Below, piece after piece: positions 18,349 through 27,434 of a DNA stretch of 64,000 nt (its first letter is position 1; each line of letters starts with the position of its first letter). The translations under genes were made by a program, and so were the position numbers. Origin of the DNA: an uncultured Candidatus Saccharibacteria bacterium (GTDB taxonomy: Bacteria; Patescibacteriota; Minisyncoccia; Phycocordibacterales; DATGWK01); the NCBI GenBank assembly GCA_964492195.1, contig CAZBJL010000001.1, positions 79,082 through 143,081 on the forward strand, given 5' to 3'. The notes below the pieces were generated by a model. The model was not told the DNA's origin. It did no database searches and saw only the letters and a list, made by a program, of their open reading frames with translations.

Positions 18349-19650
18349 ATGAAGGGGATGAGTAAATTTCAATTGATCCTCACCGGAATTTTCGGTGCAT
18401 TTATTCTTATTGGCGTATTGGTCTTTGCGTTTGCGGGAGGTTCTGGTTCGAACACAGTGGTAAGTCAGGCAACAGTCTGGGGTACGATGAGCAGCGGCCT
18501 TTTCGATACATTTTTGAAAGAGTCTGGACTCAACCAAGACAAAACCATTGCGATTACCTATGTCGAAAAAAACAAAGATACATTTGACCAAGATTTTGTC
18601 GAAGCACTCGCTGTTGGCAAAGGTCCCGATCTTTTCTTCCTGCCACAAGACAGCATTTTAAAACATCAAGACAAAATTTTTACAATTCCCTTTGCCTCAT
18701 ATTCAGAAGGAACGTTTAAACAAAACTTCATTCAGGAAGGAGAGTTGTATCTCAACAAAGAAGGTATTCTCGGTTTGCCGTTTATGGTTGACCCGATGGT
18801 TATGTATTGGAATCGAGACATCTTTTCGAATGCCGGTTTGAGTCTCACACCGAAATATTGGAGCGAGCTCTATGACCTTTCAACGAGACTTACAGTCAAA
18901 GATACAAGTTTCAATGTAAGCAAAAGTGCAGTGGCGATCGGTGAGCATGCAAACGTTACGAACGCCAATGAAATCGTAAGTCTTTTGGTGATGCAAGCAG
19001 GGAGTCCGATTACACAGCGGAATAAAATTGATGGAAATGTAAATAGTGTTTTCAATCAGCGTTTCAATTTGCCAATTCCGCCAGCACAGTCGGCACTTAA
19101 TTTTTATACTGAATTTTCAAATCCGCTCAAACCATTTTATTCTTGGAATCGATCGATTCCAGAATCAAAAAATTTCTTTCTTGCAGGTGACCTTGCGCTT
19201 TACTTTGGTTTTGCATCAGAACTTTCAGATATTCGCCTCAAGAATCCTAATTTAAATTTTGACATCGCATCGATTCCGCAATCAAAAAATTCAAATCTTA
19301 CAATTACGTTCGGCCGAATGGTCGGTCTTGCTATTCCAAAAAATTCTAAAAACATTGCCGCGGCGTTTAAAGTTGCTGCCTCACTTACGAGCCCAACGAG
19401 CATCACTGCACTTTCAAAAGTAACCCATTTGCCGCCAGTTCGAAGAGATTTACTCGCGATTCGTCCGTCAGAAGCCTATCTTTCAACATTTTACGATGGG
19501 GCGATTCAGTCGCGCGCCTGGCTTTCTCCTGAACCATCAAGTCTCAACCCAATTTTTAAAGAAATGATTGAATCTGTAACGGCAGGCCGAGCAAGCACAG
19601 CCGAAGCGCTTACTCGTGCAAGCCAGCAACTTGAAACATTACTCCGATGA
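18349..19650 (+). CDS. membrane-anchored extracellular solute-binding protein (family 1 SBP)
   Basis: N-terminal TM anchor. Sugar-SBP-like blocks: ALAVGKGPDLFFL, WNRDIFSNAGL, YWSELYD. Confidence 0.7.
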   Translation: MKGMSKFQLILTGIFGAFILIGVLVFAFAGGSGSNTVVSQATVWGTMSSGLFDTFLKESGLNQDKTIAITYVEKNKDTFDQDFVEALAVGKGPDLFFLPQDSILKHQDKIFTIPFASYSEGTFKQNFIQEGELYLNKEGILGLPFMVDPMVMYWNRDIFSNAGLSLTPKYWSELYDLSTRLTVKDTSFNVSKSAVAIGEHANVTNANEIVSLLVMQAGSPITQRNKIDGNVNSVFNQRFNLPIPPAQSALNFYTEFSNPLKPFYSWNRSIPESKNFFLAGDLALYFGFASELSDIRLKNPNLNFDIASIPQSKNSNLTITFGRMVGLAIPKNSKNIAAAFKVAASLTSPTSITALSKVTHLPPVRRDLLAIRPSEAYLSTFYDGAIQSRAWLSPEPSSLNPIFKEMIESVTAGRASTAEALTRASQQLETLLR

Positions 19651-20108
19651 AACGTATAATCCTCACTTTATTTTTACTGTTTGTGTTGATCGCAGTGCCG
19701 GTCGTTGCGTCTGCGCAGGCATTTGTAATTCCATGTACTGGCGCTCCGGCTGCAGATTTTCAGGGTACGCCTGGCCCAACGGATCACAACTGTACGTGGG
19801 TTGATTTTCTCCAACTTATTTCAAATGCACTTACGTTTTTAGTGCTCCTTTCGATTCCACTCGCAACGATCGCTTTTGCCTGGTCGGGCTTTCTTATGCT
19901 TACAGCGGCAGGAAGTGAATCCAAAGTTTCTGACGCGAAAGAAATTTTTACAAAGGTACTCATGGGTTTTATTTTTGTACTCACCGCATGGCTTATTGTG
20001 AAGTTGATCGTGTCGACACTGCTCAATGATTCATACGACGACATATTGCAAAGCGGATTGCCTTCGACACATCAGGAATATGTTATTCGAGGCGAAGAAT
20101 TAGTGTAG
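19647..20108 (+). CDS. VirB2/TrbC-like pilin-like protein, paralog 1
   Basis: Signal peptide (ends VVASAQA), two hydrophobic helices separated by a short charged loop. ATGA start/stop overlap with the SBP gene. Confidence 0.55.
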   Translation: MKRIILTLFLLFVLIAVPVVASAQAFVIPCTGAPAADFQGTPGPTDHNCTWVDFLQLISNALTFLVLLSIPLATIAFAWSGFLMLTAAGSESKVSDAKEIFTKVLMGFIFVLTAWLIVKLIVSTLLNDSYDDILQSGLPSTHQEYVIRGEELV

Positions 20109-20131
20109 TTTAAATTTGATACAATAAAACA

Positions 20132-20536
20132 ATGAAGTTTTTAAAATTTTTTGCGGGTTTGCTAGCCTCATTCGCGTTGCCTCTTGCTGCTTTTGCTGAT
20201 GGTCCCGCTGGTGGGGCAGGTGGTCTGCCAAATCCTCTTGCCGGCGGCGTTGATAGCATCCAGGCACTTCTTGTCCTTGTTCTCAACAACATTGTTCTTC
20301 CAATTGGATCTATCGTTGTGGTCATTATGATAATTTATTCCGGCTTTCTTTTTGTGACTGCGCGCGGAAGCGAGGATAAAATCGATACTGCAAAACATGT
20401 ATTGAAGTACGTGGTCATTGGCACCGCGATTCTTTTTGGTTCAGTCATCATTTCTTCGGTTATTGGCAATACACTCTGCCAAATCGCCCCAAGTCTCCCG
20501 GGTTGTGTTGCGTCAGGAAATCCTCTTGGAAATTAA
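20132..20536 (+). CDS. VirB2/TrbC-like pilin-like protein, paralog 2
   Basis: Signal peptide (LAAFA), two TM helices with loop TARGSEDKIDTAKH. Confidence 0.55.
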   Translation: MKFLKFFAGLLASFALPLAAFADGPAGGAGGLPNPLAGGVDSIQALLVLVLNNIVLPIGSIVVVIMIIYSGFLFVTARGSEDKIDTAKHVLKYVVIGTAILFGSVIISSVIGNTLCQIAPSLPGCVASGNPLGN

Positions 20537-20539
20537 TTC

Positions 20540-20920
20540 ATGAAAAAGCTCTATCCTCTCATCCTCCTTGCTCTTGGTTCGTTTTCTCTGCCGATGCCTT
20601 TGTTTGCAGCTGTGTGCACGTCATTTACGGGTACACCGAGCACGTTTGGAGACGTTATCTGTTTGTTTACTGATCTCTTGCTCACGATAATCCCGATCGT
20701 TGCTGGTTTGGCGCTCGTCTTTTTCTTCTGGGGCTTGGCTAAGTCCATTTTGCACGCTGACAACGAAGATGCTCGCGAAGAAGGGCGGGAAGTAATGAAA
20801 TGGGGAATTGTGGCGCTTTTTGTACTCGTTTCGATTTGGGGAATCGTCCTCTACCTCCATGGTGATTTCTTTGGATACAGTCCTGTCGGTATTCCACAGC
20901 TGCCGACAGGTTCGATATAA
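20540..20920 (+). CDS. VirB2/TrbC-like pilin-like protein, paralog 3
   Basis: Signal peptide (PLFAA). Conserved FFWGLAKSIL-HADNEDAREEGREVMKWGIVALFVLVSIWGIV core. Confidence 0.6.
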   Translation: MKKLYPLILLALGSFSLPMPLFAAVCTSFTGTPSTFGDVICLFTDLLLTIIPIVAGLALVFFFWGLAKSILHADNEDAREEGREVMKWGIVALFVLVSIWGIVLYLHGDFFGYSPVGIPQLPTGSI

Positions 20921-20924
20921 ACAT

Positions 20925-21290
20925 ATGAAACTACAAAAAATTATTTTGAAAATTAAAACTGTAATTCTACTTTCCGTTTTTTCTATTCCCGCATTCGCAT
21001 TTGCTCAACAAGCTGACGGAATAAAGGGACTCATCGTATCTTTTGGGAATATTGTTCGGCTTCTTATCCCTTTGAGTGCTGCATGTGCGCTCCTGTTCTT
21101 TTTCTGGGGTTTGGCAAAATCGATTTTGAAATCTGACAGTGAAGATGGAAGGGAAGAAGGAAAAGAAATAATGAAATGGGGCATTGTTGCGCTTTTCGTA
21201 ATTACTTCTATCTGGGGCATCGTTGGATTTATTCAGGATGACCTTGGTATTCCAGATGTACACACCATTTCAGCGCCGGGTGTGAGGTAG
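20925..21290 (+). CDS. VirB2/TrbC-like pilin-like protein, paralog 4
   Basis: Signal peptide (AFAFAQQ). FFWGLAKSILKSDSEDGREEGKEIMKWGIVALFVITSIWGIV core. Start moved to the ATG at 20925 to avoid overlap with paralog 3. Confidence 0.6.
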   Translation: MKLQKIILKIKTVILLSVFSIPAFAFAQQADGIKGLIVSFGNIVRLLIPLSAACALLFFFWGLAKSILKSDSEDGREEGKEIMKWGIVALFVITSIWGIVGFIQDDLGIPDVHTISAPGVR

Positions 21291-21383
21291 TGTGGTACTA
21301 TGAATTCGACGGAGCTTTAAAATTGTGCTCAATTTATTATTAGTTTCTTTAAAAATATGCCCAGCATGGTTGGGCTCAATCAA

Positions 21384-21728
21384 ATGAAAAAAATTATTAT
21401 CGGAACCTTGCTTTTTGCTCCAATGTTCGCGTTTGCCCAGCAATTAGGCAATATCACCACGCTCATTCGATCAATCGGCAATATCATCCAGATTCTCATT
21501 CCGATCACTGCTGCGCTCGCCCTCCTCTACTTCTTCTGGGGCCTTGCAAAGTTTATTTTGAACTCTGCTGACGAAGAAAAACGTTCAGAAGGCAAGCATA
21601 TTATGATCTGGGGCGTTGTTGCGCTTTTCGTGATCGTGTCTGTTTGGGGTCTCACTGGTTTCATTGGCGATGCACTCGACATCAATACTCCACAGAGCCA
21701 ACCAATTCCTACCGTTAACGGTATCTAA
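21384..21728 (+). CDS. VirB2/TrbC-like pilin-like protein, paralog 5
   Basis: Signal peptide (MFAFAQQ). FFWGLAKFILNSADEEKRSEGKHIMIWGVVALFVIVSVWGL core. Confidence 0.6.
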   Translation: MKKIIIGTLLFAPMFAFAQQLGNITTLIRSIGNIIQILIPITAALALLYFFWGLAKFILNSADEEKRSEGKHIMIWGVVALFVIVSVWGLTGFIGDALDINTPQSQPIPTVNGI

Positions 21729-21751
21729 TCGCTCTCGTTTCTTTTTCTTCA

Positions 21752-22027
21752 ATGCCACTTAGCATACAATCATTTTTGAGTAGGATAAGTGAATTTATCC
21801 TCAACCCAATTATTGTGCTCATGTTTGTGGTGGCACTTCTTACATTTTTCTGGGGACTTGTTGAATTCATTCGCAGCGCGGGCAGTGAAGACGGCCGCGA
21901 AACCGGAAAGCGAAACATGATGTGGGGAATTATCGGTATGGTTATTATGGTCGGTGTGTACGGCATCATTCGGATCACCCTTTCTACCTTCGGAATCGAC
22001 ACCCCAGTATATTTGAGAGGTCTCTAG
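21752..22027 (+). CDS. VirB2/TrbC-like pilin-like protein, paralog 6 (no signal peptide)
   Basis: FFWGLVEFIRSAGSEDGRETGKRNMMWGIIGMVIMVGVYGII core only. Confidence 0.5.
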   Translation: MPLSIQSFLSRISEFILNPIIVLMFVVALLTFFWGLVEFIRSAGSEDGRETGKRNMMWGIIGMVIMVGVYGIIRITLSTFGIDTPVYLRGL

Positions 22028-22042
22028 TTTGTGAACACATAT

Positions 22043-22072
22043 TAAAAACCACTCCGAAAGGGGTGGTTTTTG
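22043..22072 (+). terminator. rho-independent terminator closing the SBP-pilin array
   Basis: ccactcc-gaaa-ggggtgg hairpin plus T-run. Confidence 0.5.
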
Positions 22073-22116
22073 TATTTCAGGATAAGAAAAAGGGCGTCAT
22101 TGCTGACGCCCTGTAA

Positions 22117-23034
22117 TCACCATTTGTTTTGTTCGAATGTCATGGTGACGATGACACTGTTTTGCTCGAGGGACCTGAAACGGACTCTTCGGGTAGTTCG
22201 CCCGTAGTCGGTGGCTTGTCCCGGACCATCTTTTTGGGGTGGTTTACCATCGGCCTCGTACTCGATCTGGCCGCTTGGAGTTACCCATGCTACCCAGCCG
22301 ATTGGAATGTCTTGAATGGCTGACCATTCACCAGGCTTTGCAACCACTTCCACCTTTCGGATGAGGGATTGCCTGTAGGCAAGAGCGGCTTGAGCTTTTT
22401 CTGCCTTCCTGATTTCGCGGGCGACTTGCTCTGTCTTCCACATGTTGGTTTTTTTGTAGGAATTCCACGTGGCTTGCGTTACAACGAGGAGCAAAATTGT
22501 TGCTCCGACGCCTGGTACGAATCTCTTGTATTCGTATACCATCACCACGATCAGTACGATCGTGGGAATTGCCCAAAAAACTTTCACGTCGTCAATCCAG
22601 AGCCAGTTGTAGTAGTCTGGAAAGAAGCTCTGAAGAAGGTACAAAACAATCGCAAACCAGATGCCGTAGATGAAGATTGGGTAGAGCATCCAGCTGCGAA
22701 TGTATTTCTTCGGGATGTCTTTGAACCTGTTCAGAAGCCTGTCCCACCACGTCAAGACTTTTGTATCTGGTGTGTCGGTGCCTTCTTTTTTCAACTTCGA
22801 AGGTTTGTAGGCGCGCTGAATAATGAGAGCAAAGGCTGCCAGTGCGCACACGATACACACCACCACTACAAGCACTGCCTGAAGGTTGATGTGTGGAAGT
22901 TTGAGCCGTGGAATGCCGTAGATGATAAAAACTACGACAAGACCAACAAAAACAGCGAGTGCAAGCAGTCCTCTCATCCTTTTCGCAACGAGCGAAAAAG
23001 CCGTCTTCAATCGTGATCTCGTAAACGGGTCCAT
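22117..23034 (-). CDS. hypothetical multi-TM membrane protein with C-terminal beta-rich domain (possible NfeD-like partner)
   Basis: Start at MDPFTRS preceded by AAAGGAGG SD. Four or more TM helices, then a soluble C-terminus. Lies downstream of the SPFH gene on the same strand. Confidence 0.45.
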   Translation of the reverse strand: MDPFTRSRLKTAFSLVAKRMRGLLALAVFVGLVVVFIIYGIPRLKLPHINLQAVLVVVVCIVCALAAFALIIQRAYKPSKLKKEGTDTPDTKVLTWWDRLLNRFKDIPKKYIRSWMLYPIFIYGIWFAIVLYLLQSFFPDYYNWLWIDDVKVFWAIPTIVLIVVMVYEYKRFVPGVGATILLLVVTQATWNSYKKTNMWKTEQVAREIRKAEKAQAALAYRQSLIRKVEVVAKPGEWSAIQDIPIGWVAWVTPSGQIEYEADGKPPQKDGPGQATDYGRTTRRVRFRSLEQNSVIVTMTFEQNKW

Positions 23035-23154
23035 GTAGACCTCCTTTGTTTGTGTAAGAACTTCTGTGTGAAATAGTATCACATATTTGATTTTTGTCAA
23101 TAAAAAAGCCAGTCGGATGACTGGCTGTCACACCACATTTCTGTGAGTGATAGG

Positions 23155-24312
23155 CTATGAATTGCTGGAAGCAGGAGGAACAGGTGGGGATTTTGTAGAG
23201 TTCCCGCGGGTCGGATCGACAATGATCGAAGTTCCGAGATTTCCTCCTGACAACACTGTCAGGTTCTTCAGATTTTCTGAGGCGATCTGACTTGCCACGT
23301 AGGGTGCGGCTTCGGGATTTCCTGAATACGCTCTGGCAAGCTCGACGATTCTTGCGGCACCACCTTTGGCCCGAAGTTCGGCGGCTTGCCTTTCAAGGTC
23401 TGCTCGTTTGACGTCCGCCTGGCCTTCGAGTTCGGCGATCTCAAGTGCTTGAGTTGCCTCTCTTGCTGTCTTCGCGTCGGCGGGGAGGCCGTAATCCTCA
23501 ACCCACACATCAATGATTCTGACCCCTAGATCTTCTATGATGCCATTTTTGATGTCACCATAGGGTTCGGTGTTAAGTCTCTTGATCGCTTCAGAAAAAA
23601 CCGATCCTTTGCCCTTGTTTGATTTCACAAAATCGACAAAGTTCCGTTCCTTCATGTAGTCCGCAACGGCACCGCCGATTGTTGCTTCAAGAGTGGTAAA
23701 GAATTCCTTACCAACCATGAAAACCACCGTATGTGGTTTGACAACTTGAAACATGGTCATGACCAGGAGGTTGACCTCAAGTCTGTCAGCAGATTCAACT
23801 TCGTCAAAGACGAATGGACGAGGAAAACGAAATCGAAGATGATCAGTGATACTGGTAGAAGGATCGAGCTCGATTCTTGACTGAAGCGATGTGTCCTTCG
23901 ACGTAGCCGCGCTGCTTGGTTTGAGCCGTGCACGCGTGATTTCGAAGCGATGGATTTTCTTGAGCGGGTATAACCAGCTCACCCAGTAGAAACCGTAGTG
24001 TTCCCGAAGGTATCTTCCTATCCAGGACTCGCCGCCTTCCGAGTATCGTTTGATCTCTTCTTCCGTAGCAGCGATTTCACCTGTTCCAGCTGTATTCTGG
24101 TTGCGAGGTTTGATGGCATTTTCTCTGGTGAGGACGTAACCGTCCACATTCAATAAAATGCGCTGCAGATCTTCTCCCGCCATGACAAATTCCATCGTTC
24201 CTTCGCTGACGAAGGTCGCCTGCTGCTTGTATTGAGCAGCTCGGTACAGGAAAATCACCACAAACAGGGGAATAAGTAGTAATGCAACTACTCCTCCAAT
24301 AATCATCCACAT
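23155..24312 (-). CDS. SPFH/band 7 (stomatin/prohibitin-like) domain protein
   Basis: N-terminal TM anchor, band-7 core, C-terminal coiled coil (ALEIAELEGQADVKRADLERQAAELRAKG). Start at MWMIIGG with AAAAGGAG SD. Confidence 0.75.
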   Translation of the reverse strand: MWMIIGGVVALLLIPLFVVIFLYRAAQYKQQATFVSEGTMEFVMAGEDLQRILLNVDGYVLTRENAIKPRNQNTAGTGEIAATEEEIKRYSEGGESWIGRYLREHYGFYWVSWLYPLKKIHRFEITRARLKPSSAATSKDTSLQSRIELDPSTSITDHLRFRFPRPFVFDEVESADRLEVNLLVMTMFQVVKPHTVVFMVGKEFFTTLEATIGGAVADYMKERNFVDFVKSNKGKGSVFSEAIKRLNTEPYGDIKNGIIEDLGVRIIDVWVEDYGLPADAKTAREATQALEIAELEGQADVKRADLERQAAELRAKGGAARIVELARAYSGNPEAAPYVASQIASENLKNLTVLSGGNLGTSIIVDPTRGNSTKSPPVPPASSNS

Positions 24313-24437
24313 GTTGAAACTCCTTTTACGATTGTGTGTATGTGAAGAACAAACCAAAATTCCTTCGCTATTGTATCAGGTTTTAATACAAAGTCAAGGG
24401 GACTGAACTCCTTTAAAAACAGAATATTTCTTATTGG

Positions 24438-24522
24438 TGGTGCCGAGGAGAGGACTTGAACCTCCATGGGTTACCCCGCTTGCTCCTAAGGCAAGTGCGT
24501 CTGCCAATTTCGCCACCTCGGC
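24438..24522 (-). tRNA. tRNA-Leu (anticodon TAG)
   Basis: Acceptor GCCGAGG/CCTCGGC, anticodon stem CTTGC/GCAAG with loop CTTAGGA, long variable arm, CCA encoded. Confidence 0.85.
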
Positions 24523-24531
24523 GTAATCGCT

Positions 24532-24627
24532 CGCGAGAGTATTTTTGGAATGAGCACATAAAAGTCTGCTGACTTTTTGCTCTGCTCGCGCCAAGCGCTG
24601 CGCAACTCATTTTGAAAATACTCTCGC
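24532..24627. repeat. structured palindromic repeat, family B copy 3 (diverged)
   Basis: Core caCATAAAAGTCTGCTGACTTTTTGCTC + gcgcc-aag-cgc hairpin + tgcgcaactc. Enclosed by IR gagagtatttttggaatgag / ctcattttgaaaatactctc. Lies between tRNA-Leu and tRNA-Lys. Confidence 0.5.
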
Positions 24628-24677
24628 TCGCTCCTACGTTACTTAATTCTATATTATCTTTACTATCACAAACCTTG

Positions 24678-24750
24678 TCCGCCCAGCAGGATTCGAACCT
24701 GCGACCTTATCCTTAAGAGGGATCTGCTCTACCAACTGAGCTATAGGCGG
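24678..24750 (-). tRNA. tRNA-Lys (anticodon CTT)
   Basis: Acceptor CCGCCTA/TGGGCGG, D arm GCTCAGTTGGTAGAGC, anticodon loop CTCTTAA, T arm GCAGGTTCGAATCCTGC. Confidence 0.75.
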
Positions 24751-24763
24751 ATATATCAAAGGG

Positions 24764-24845
24764 TGCCCAGGGCGAGACTCGAACTCGCACTCCTTACGGA
24801 ACTCGATCTTAAGTCGAGCGCGGCTACCAATTACGCCACCCGGGC
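24764..24845 (-). tRNA. tRNA-Leu (anticodon TAA)
   Basis: Acceptor GCCCGGG/CCTGGGC, anticodon stem CTCGA/TCGAG with loop CTTAAGA, long variable arm. Confidence 0.85.
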
Positions 24846-24862
24846 ATTTTACTTTTCCGCAG

Positions 24863-24934
24863 AGGCCACGACAGGAATCGAACCTGCGCATAAGAGTTTT
24901 GCAAACTCTCGACTTACCACTTGTCTACGTGGCC
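24863..24934 (-). tRNA. tRNA-Cys (anticodon GCA)
   Basis: Acceptor GGCCACG/CGTGGCC, anticodon stem AGAGT/ACTCT with loop TTGCAAA, T arm GCAGGTTCGATTCCTGT. Confidence 0.85.
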
Positions 24935-24990
24935 GCGTAAGCCGCTTATCCGTACTACGGTCGTGGCTTGGTCAAATATACACCAAAACC

Positions 24991-25341
24991 TTACGCTTGA
25001 GAATTCTCACGTGCCTGATCGTCTTGTGAAGAGATATCGTCGACTCTTTGACGATTTTTTTCACCGACGTCGATAATGAATTCAAACACGGGGAGAGAAC
25101 GCATGTTTACGAATTTTTTAACGTATTCGCGGAGGTCAGAACTCTTTCGTTTTGCGAAAGCGAGCGCGGCTTTTTCTTGAGTTTCGGGCAACACAGAAAT
25201 GAAAACCGTGGCGCCTTTCGTTTTTTCGTTATATGCAATGCGAGTAACGGTGATGAGCGACATCGGCCCCGCTTCGTGACTTAAAAATTCACCAACAAGT
25301 TTGGTGAGAAGCGATTCAACTTTTTCTTGATGATGATCCAT
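24991..25341 (-). CDS. rbfA: ribosome-binding factor A
   Basis: 116 aa. RbfA-like pattern (LITVTRIAYNEKTKGATVFISVL). Confidence 0.75.
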   Translation of the reverse strand: MDHHQEKVESLLTKLVGEFLSHEAGPMSLITVTRIAYNEKTKGATVFISVLPETQEKAALAFAKRKSSDLREYVKKFVNMRSLPVFEFIIDVGEKNRQRVDDISSQDDQARENSQA

Positions 25342-26858
25342 TATTTTTCGATTGTTTGATATGAGCGGAGAATGTCGCCAACTGCAATTTCAAATTTGGA
25401 ATCGACAAGAGCTCCGAATTCATTGCCAGCTTCGACTTTCGATGTGTCTTTTTTCTGCTGCTGCATGCCGCGAATTCTGCCTGTACCGATTTCGGTTTCT
25501 CGGCGGATTATTTTGATTGCTTCGCCTACAGCAAGGAAACCTTCGTCAACCTTACCACCGATTATCTGCTTGTCTTTCTGGCGGCTGAACGTGCGGAGAA
25601 TTCTCGCACTTCCTGTAGTTTCGTCAACCATCATCTTTGGCGTGTGTTCGACGAGGAGCTTCTCTACTTTTTCTGTGAGTTTATAGATAATTGAAAAAAT
25701 TTCTATTGAAATTCCATCTCGTTCGGCGAGGATTTTTGCTGCAGAGTCAGCTTTTGTGTTGAATCCGAAAATAAATGCTTTGGTGCTTGCATTTGCGCTT
25801 TTTACATCTCCTTCGCCAATCGCACCAACACCTTCAGAAATTATTTCTGGGCGAATCCTGTCATTTCCCAATTTTTTAACTTCATAGTTAATAGCTTCAA
25901 GGCTACCTGCGGTGTCTGCTTTAACAATAATTGTGAGTGTAGAAATTTTATTTTCTTGACCAAGGTTCGAAGTTCTTTGAACTTTTGTTGCATTGAGGTC
26001 GAATGTTTTTGTATATGAAAGTGCTTCTTCTTTTGAATCAAACGTTTTAAATTCCACACCTGCAGGAACAAGTTCGCTCCAGCCAATGATTGTGATCGGA
26101 GTTGAAAAACTCGCTTCCTGCAACTTTTCTCCCATATCATTTTCAACAATTCGAACTGTTGCGAAGCTGTTGCCAGCGGCCACGAATTGTCCTGTTCGAA
26201 GCGTCCCGTCTTTAATAATAAGCGTAGCGGAAACACCCTTTCGAGAATCAAGTTTGCTTTCAATAACCACGCCGCTTGCGTTCATTGCTTTGATACCTTT
26301 GAGTTCTTGAACGTCTGTGGTGAGGAAGACGACGTTGATTAATTCGTCGACGCCTTCGCCAGTTTTTGCAGACACAGGAATGCAGGTGACAGTGCCGCCG
26401 TAGCCTTCGACATACACTTCGTTTTCGGCAAGGCTTTGTTTTGTGCGGTCAATGTTCGCGCCTGGCTTGTCAATTTTGTTTATTGCAACGACAAAGGGAA
26501 TGTTTTGTTCTGTGATTGCGTTCAGTGCTTCGAGCGTTTGTTTTTTGACACCGTCTTCAGCAGAAACGACAAGGATAGCAACGTCCGCGACTTTTGCTCC
26601 GCGAGATCGGAGTGTTTGAAACGCTTCGTGACCCGGCGTATCCAAAAAAGTTACCCGTCGTTTTTTACCGTCGATTTCGTAGAGAGTTTCGTACGCAGAA
26701 ACATGTTGGGTAATACCTCCAGCTTCGCCATCAACAACTTTTGTTTTTCGAATGTAGTCGAGAAGGGTAGATTTACCGTGGTCGATATGCCCCATAACCA
26801 CCACCACTGGCGGTCGTTCTGTGACTGTAGCGTCTGTTTTTGGAGCGGTTTTGTTCAT
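25341..26858 (-). CDS. infB: translation initiation factor IF-2 (short form)
   Basis: GHIDHGKST G1 motif, DTPGHEAF G3, NKID G4. Overlaps rbfA by 1 nt. Confidence 0.92.
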   Translation of the reverse strand: MNKTAPKTDATVTERPPVVVVMGHIDHGKSTLLDYIRKTKVVDGEAGGITQHVSAYETLYEIDGKKRRVTFLDTPGHEAFQTLRSRGAKVADVAILVVSAEDGVKKQTLEALNAITEQNIPFVVAINKIDKPGANIDRTKQSLAENEVYVEGYGGTVTCIPVSAKTGEGVDELINVVFLTTDVQELKGIKAMNASGVVIESKLDSRKGVSATLIIKDGTLRTGQFVAAGNSFATVRIVENDMGEKLQEASFSTPITIIGWSELVPAGVEFKTFDSKEEALSYTKTFDLNATKVQRTSNLGQENKISTLTIIVKADTAGSLEAINYEVKKLGNDRIRPEIISEGVGAIGEGDVKSANASTKAFIFGFNTKADSAAKILAERDGISIEIFSIIYKLTEKVEKLLVEHTPKMMVDETTGSARILRTFSRQKDKQIIGGKVDEGFLAVGEAIKIIRRETEIGTGRIRGMQQQKKDTSKVEAGNEFGALVDSKFEIAVGDILRSYQTIEK

Positions 26859-26887
26859 GGGTGTGTATGTTCTTTGGAAAAAAGAGA

Positions 26888-27385
26888 TTAGCCACGGTGA
26901 GAAAGTTTTTTGTGGACGTTTTCGATAACCGCTTGTTCTTCTTCGCTAAGCTCAAATTCAGATTTGTAGTTTTTTACCGATTTACTAAAAATACTTACTC
27001 GTTCACGGCTATACAAACCAGAAACAACAACACCGTTTCCTGATTCGTCTATAAACGCGGTAGAAAAGCTTTGATTGCCACCGTCGCCCGTGCCTTTGAA
27101 TGGATTGAATCGAATTGTTTCGACACCTTGAACGCTTCTTTTGAGGCGCATCTCGACAGTTTCGAGGTATTTGTTAATGGTGTTCTTGAACGTGTTGAAT
27201 TTGTCGAGTTCCGTTTTGTGCAATACAAGCGCTTCCTGAATATTTTTGGCTTGAGTGCCGCCGAGGAGCTGACGGATCTTTCGGCCCAATAAAATAAGCC
27301 AGACGGTGTTGGCGACAGCAAGAACACATGCTCCGACAAGAGCCCAAAAAATGGTTTCTGTTGTAAGGGTGAAAGGCATGTTCAA
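26888..27385 (-). CDS. hypothetical N-terminally anchored protein (DUF4446-like)
   Basis: 165 aa, N-terminal TM helix then a soluble domain. Confidence 0.4.
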   Translation of the reverse strand: MNMPFTLTTETIFWALVGACVLAVANTVWLILLGRKIRQLLGGTQAKNIQEALVLHKTELDKFNTFKNTINKYLETVEMRLKRSVQGVETIRFNPFKGTGDGGNQSFSTAFIDESGNGVVVSGLYSRERVSIFSKSVKNYKSEFELSEEEQAVIENVHKKLSHRG

Positions 27386-27434
27386 GTTCCGATTATACTT
27401 TTAAAATGGTATTTTGCCAAAGCGTGGAGGAGGG

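Noticed and set aside
24394-25029. Three short ORFs (66, 80, 88 aa) over the tRNA cluster
   Set aside because: Each overlaps one or two hand-folded tRNAs. tRNA structure explains the sequence.
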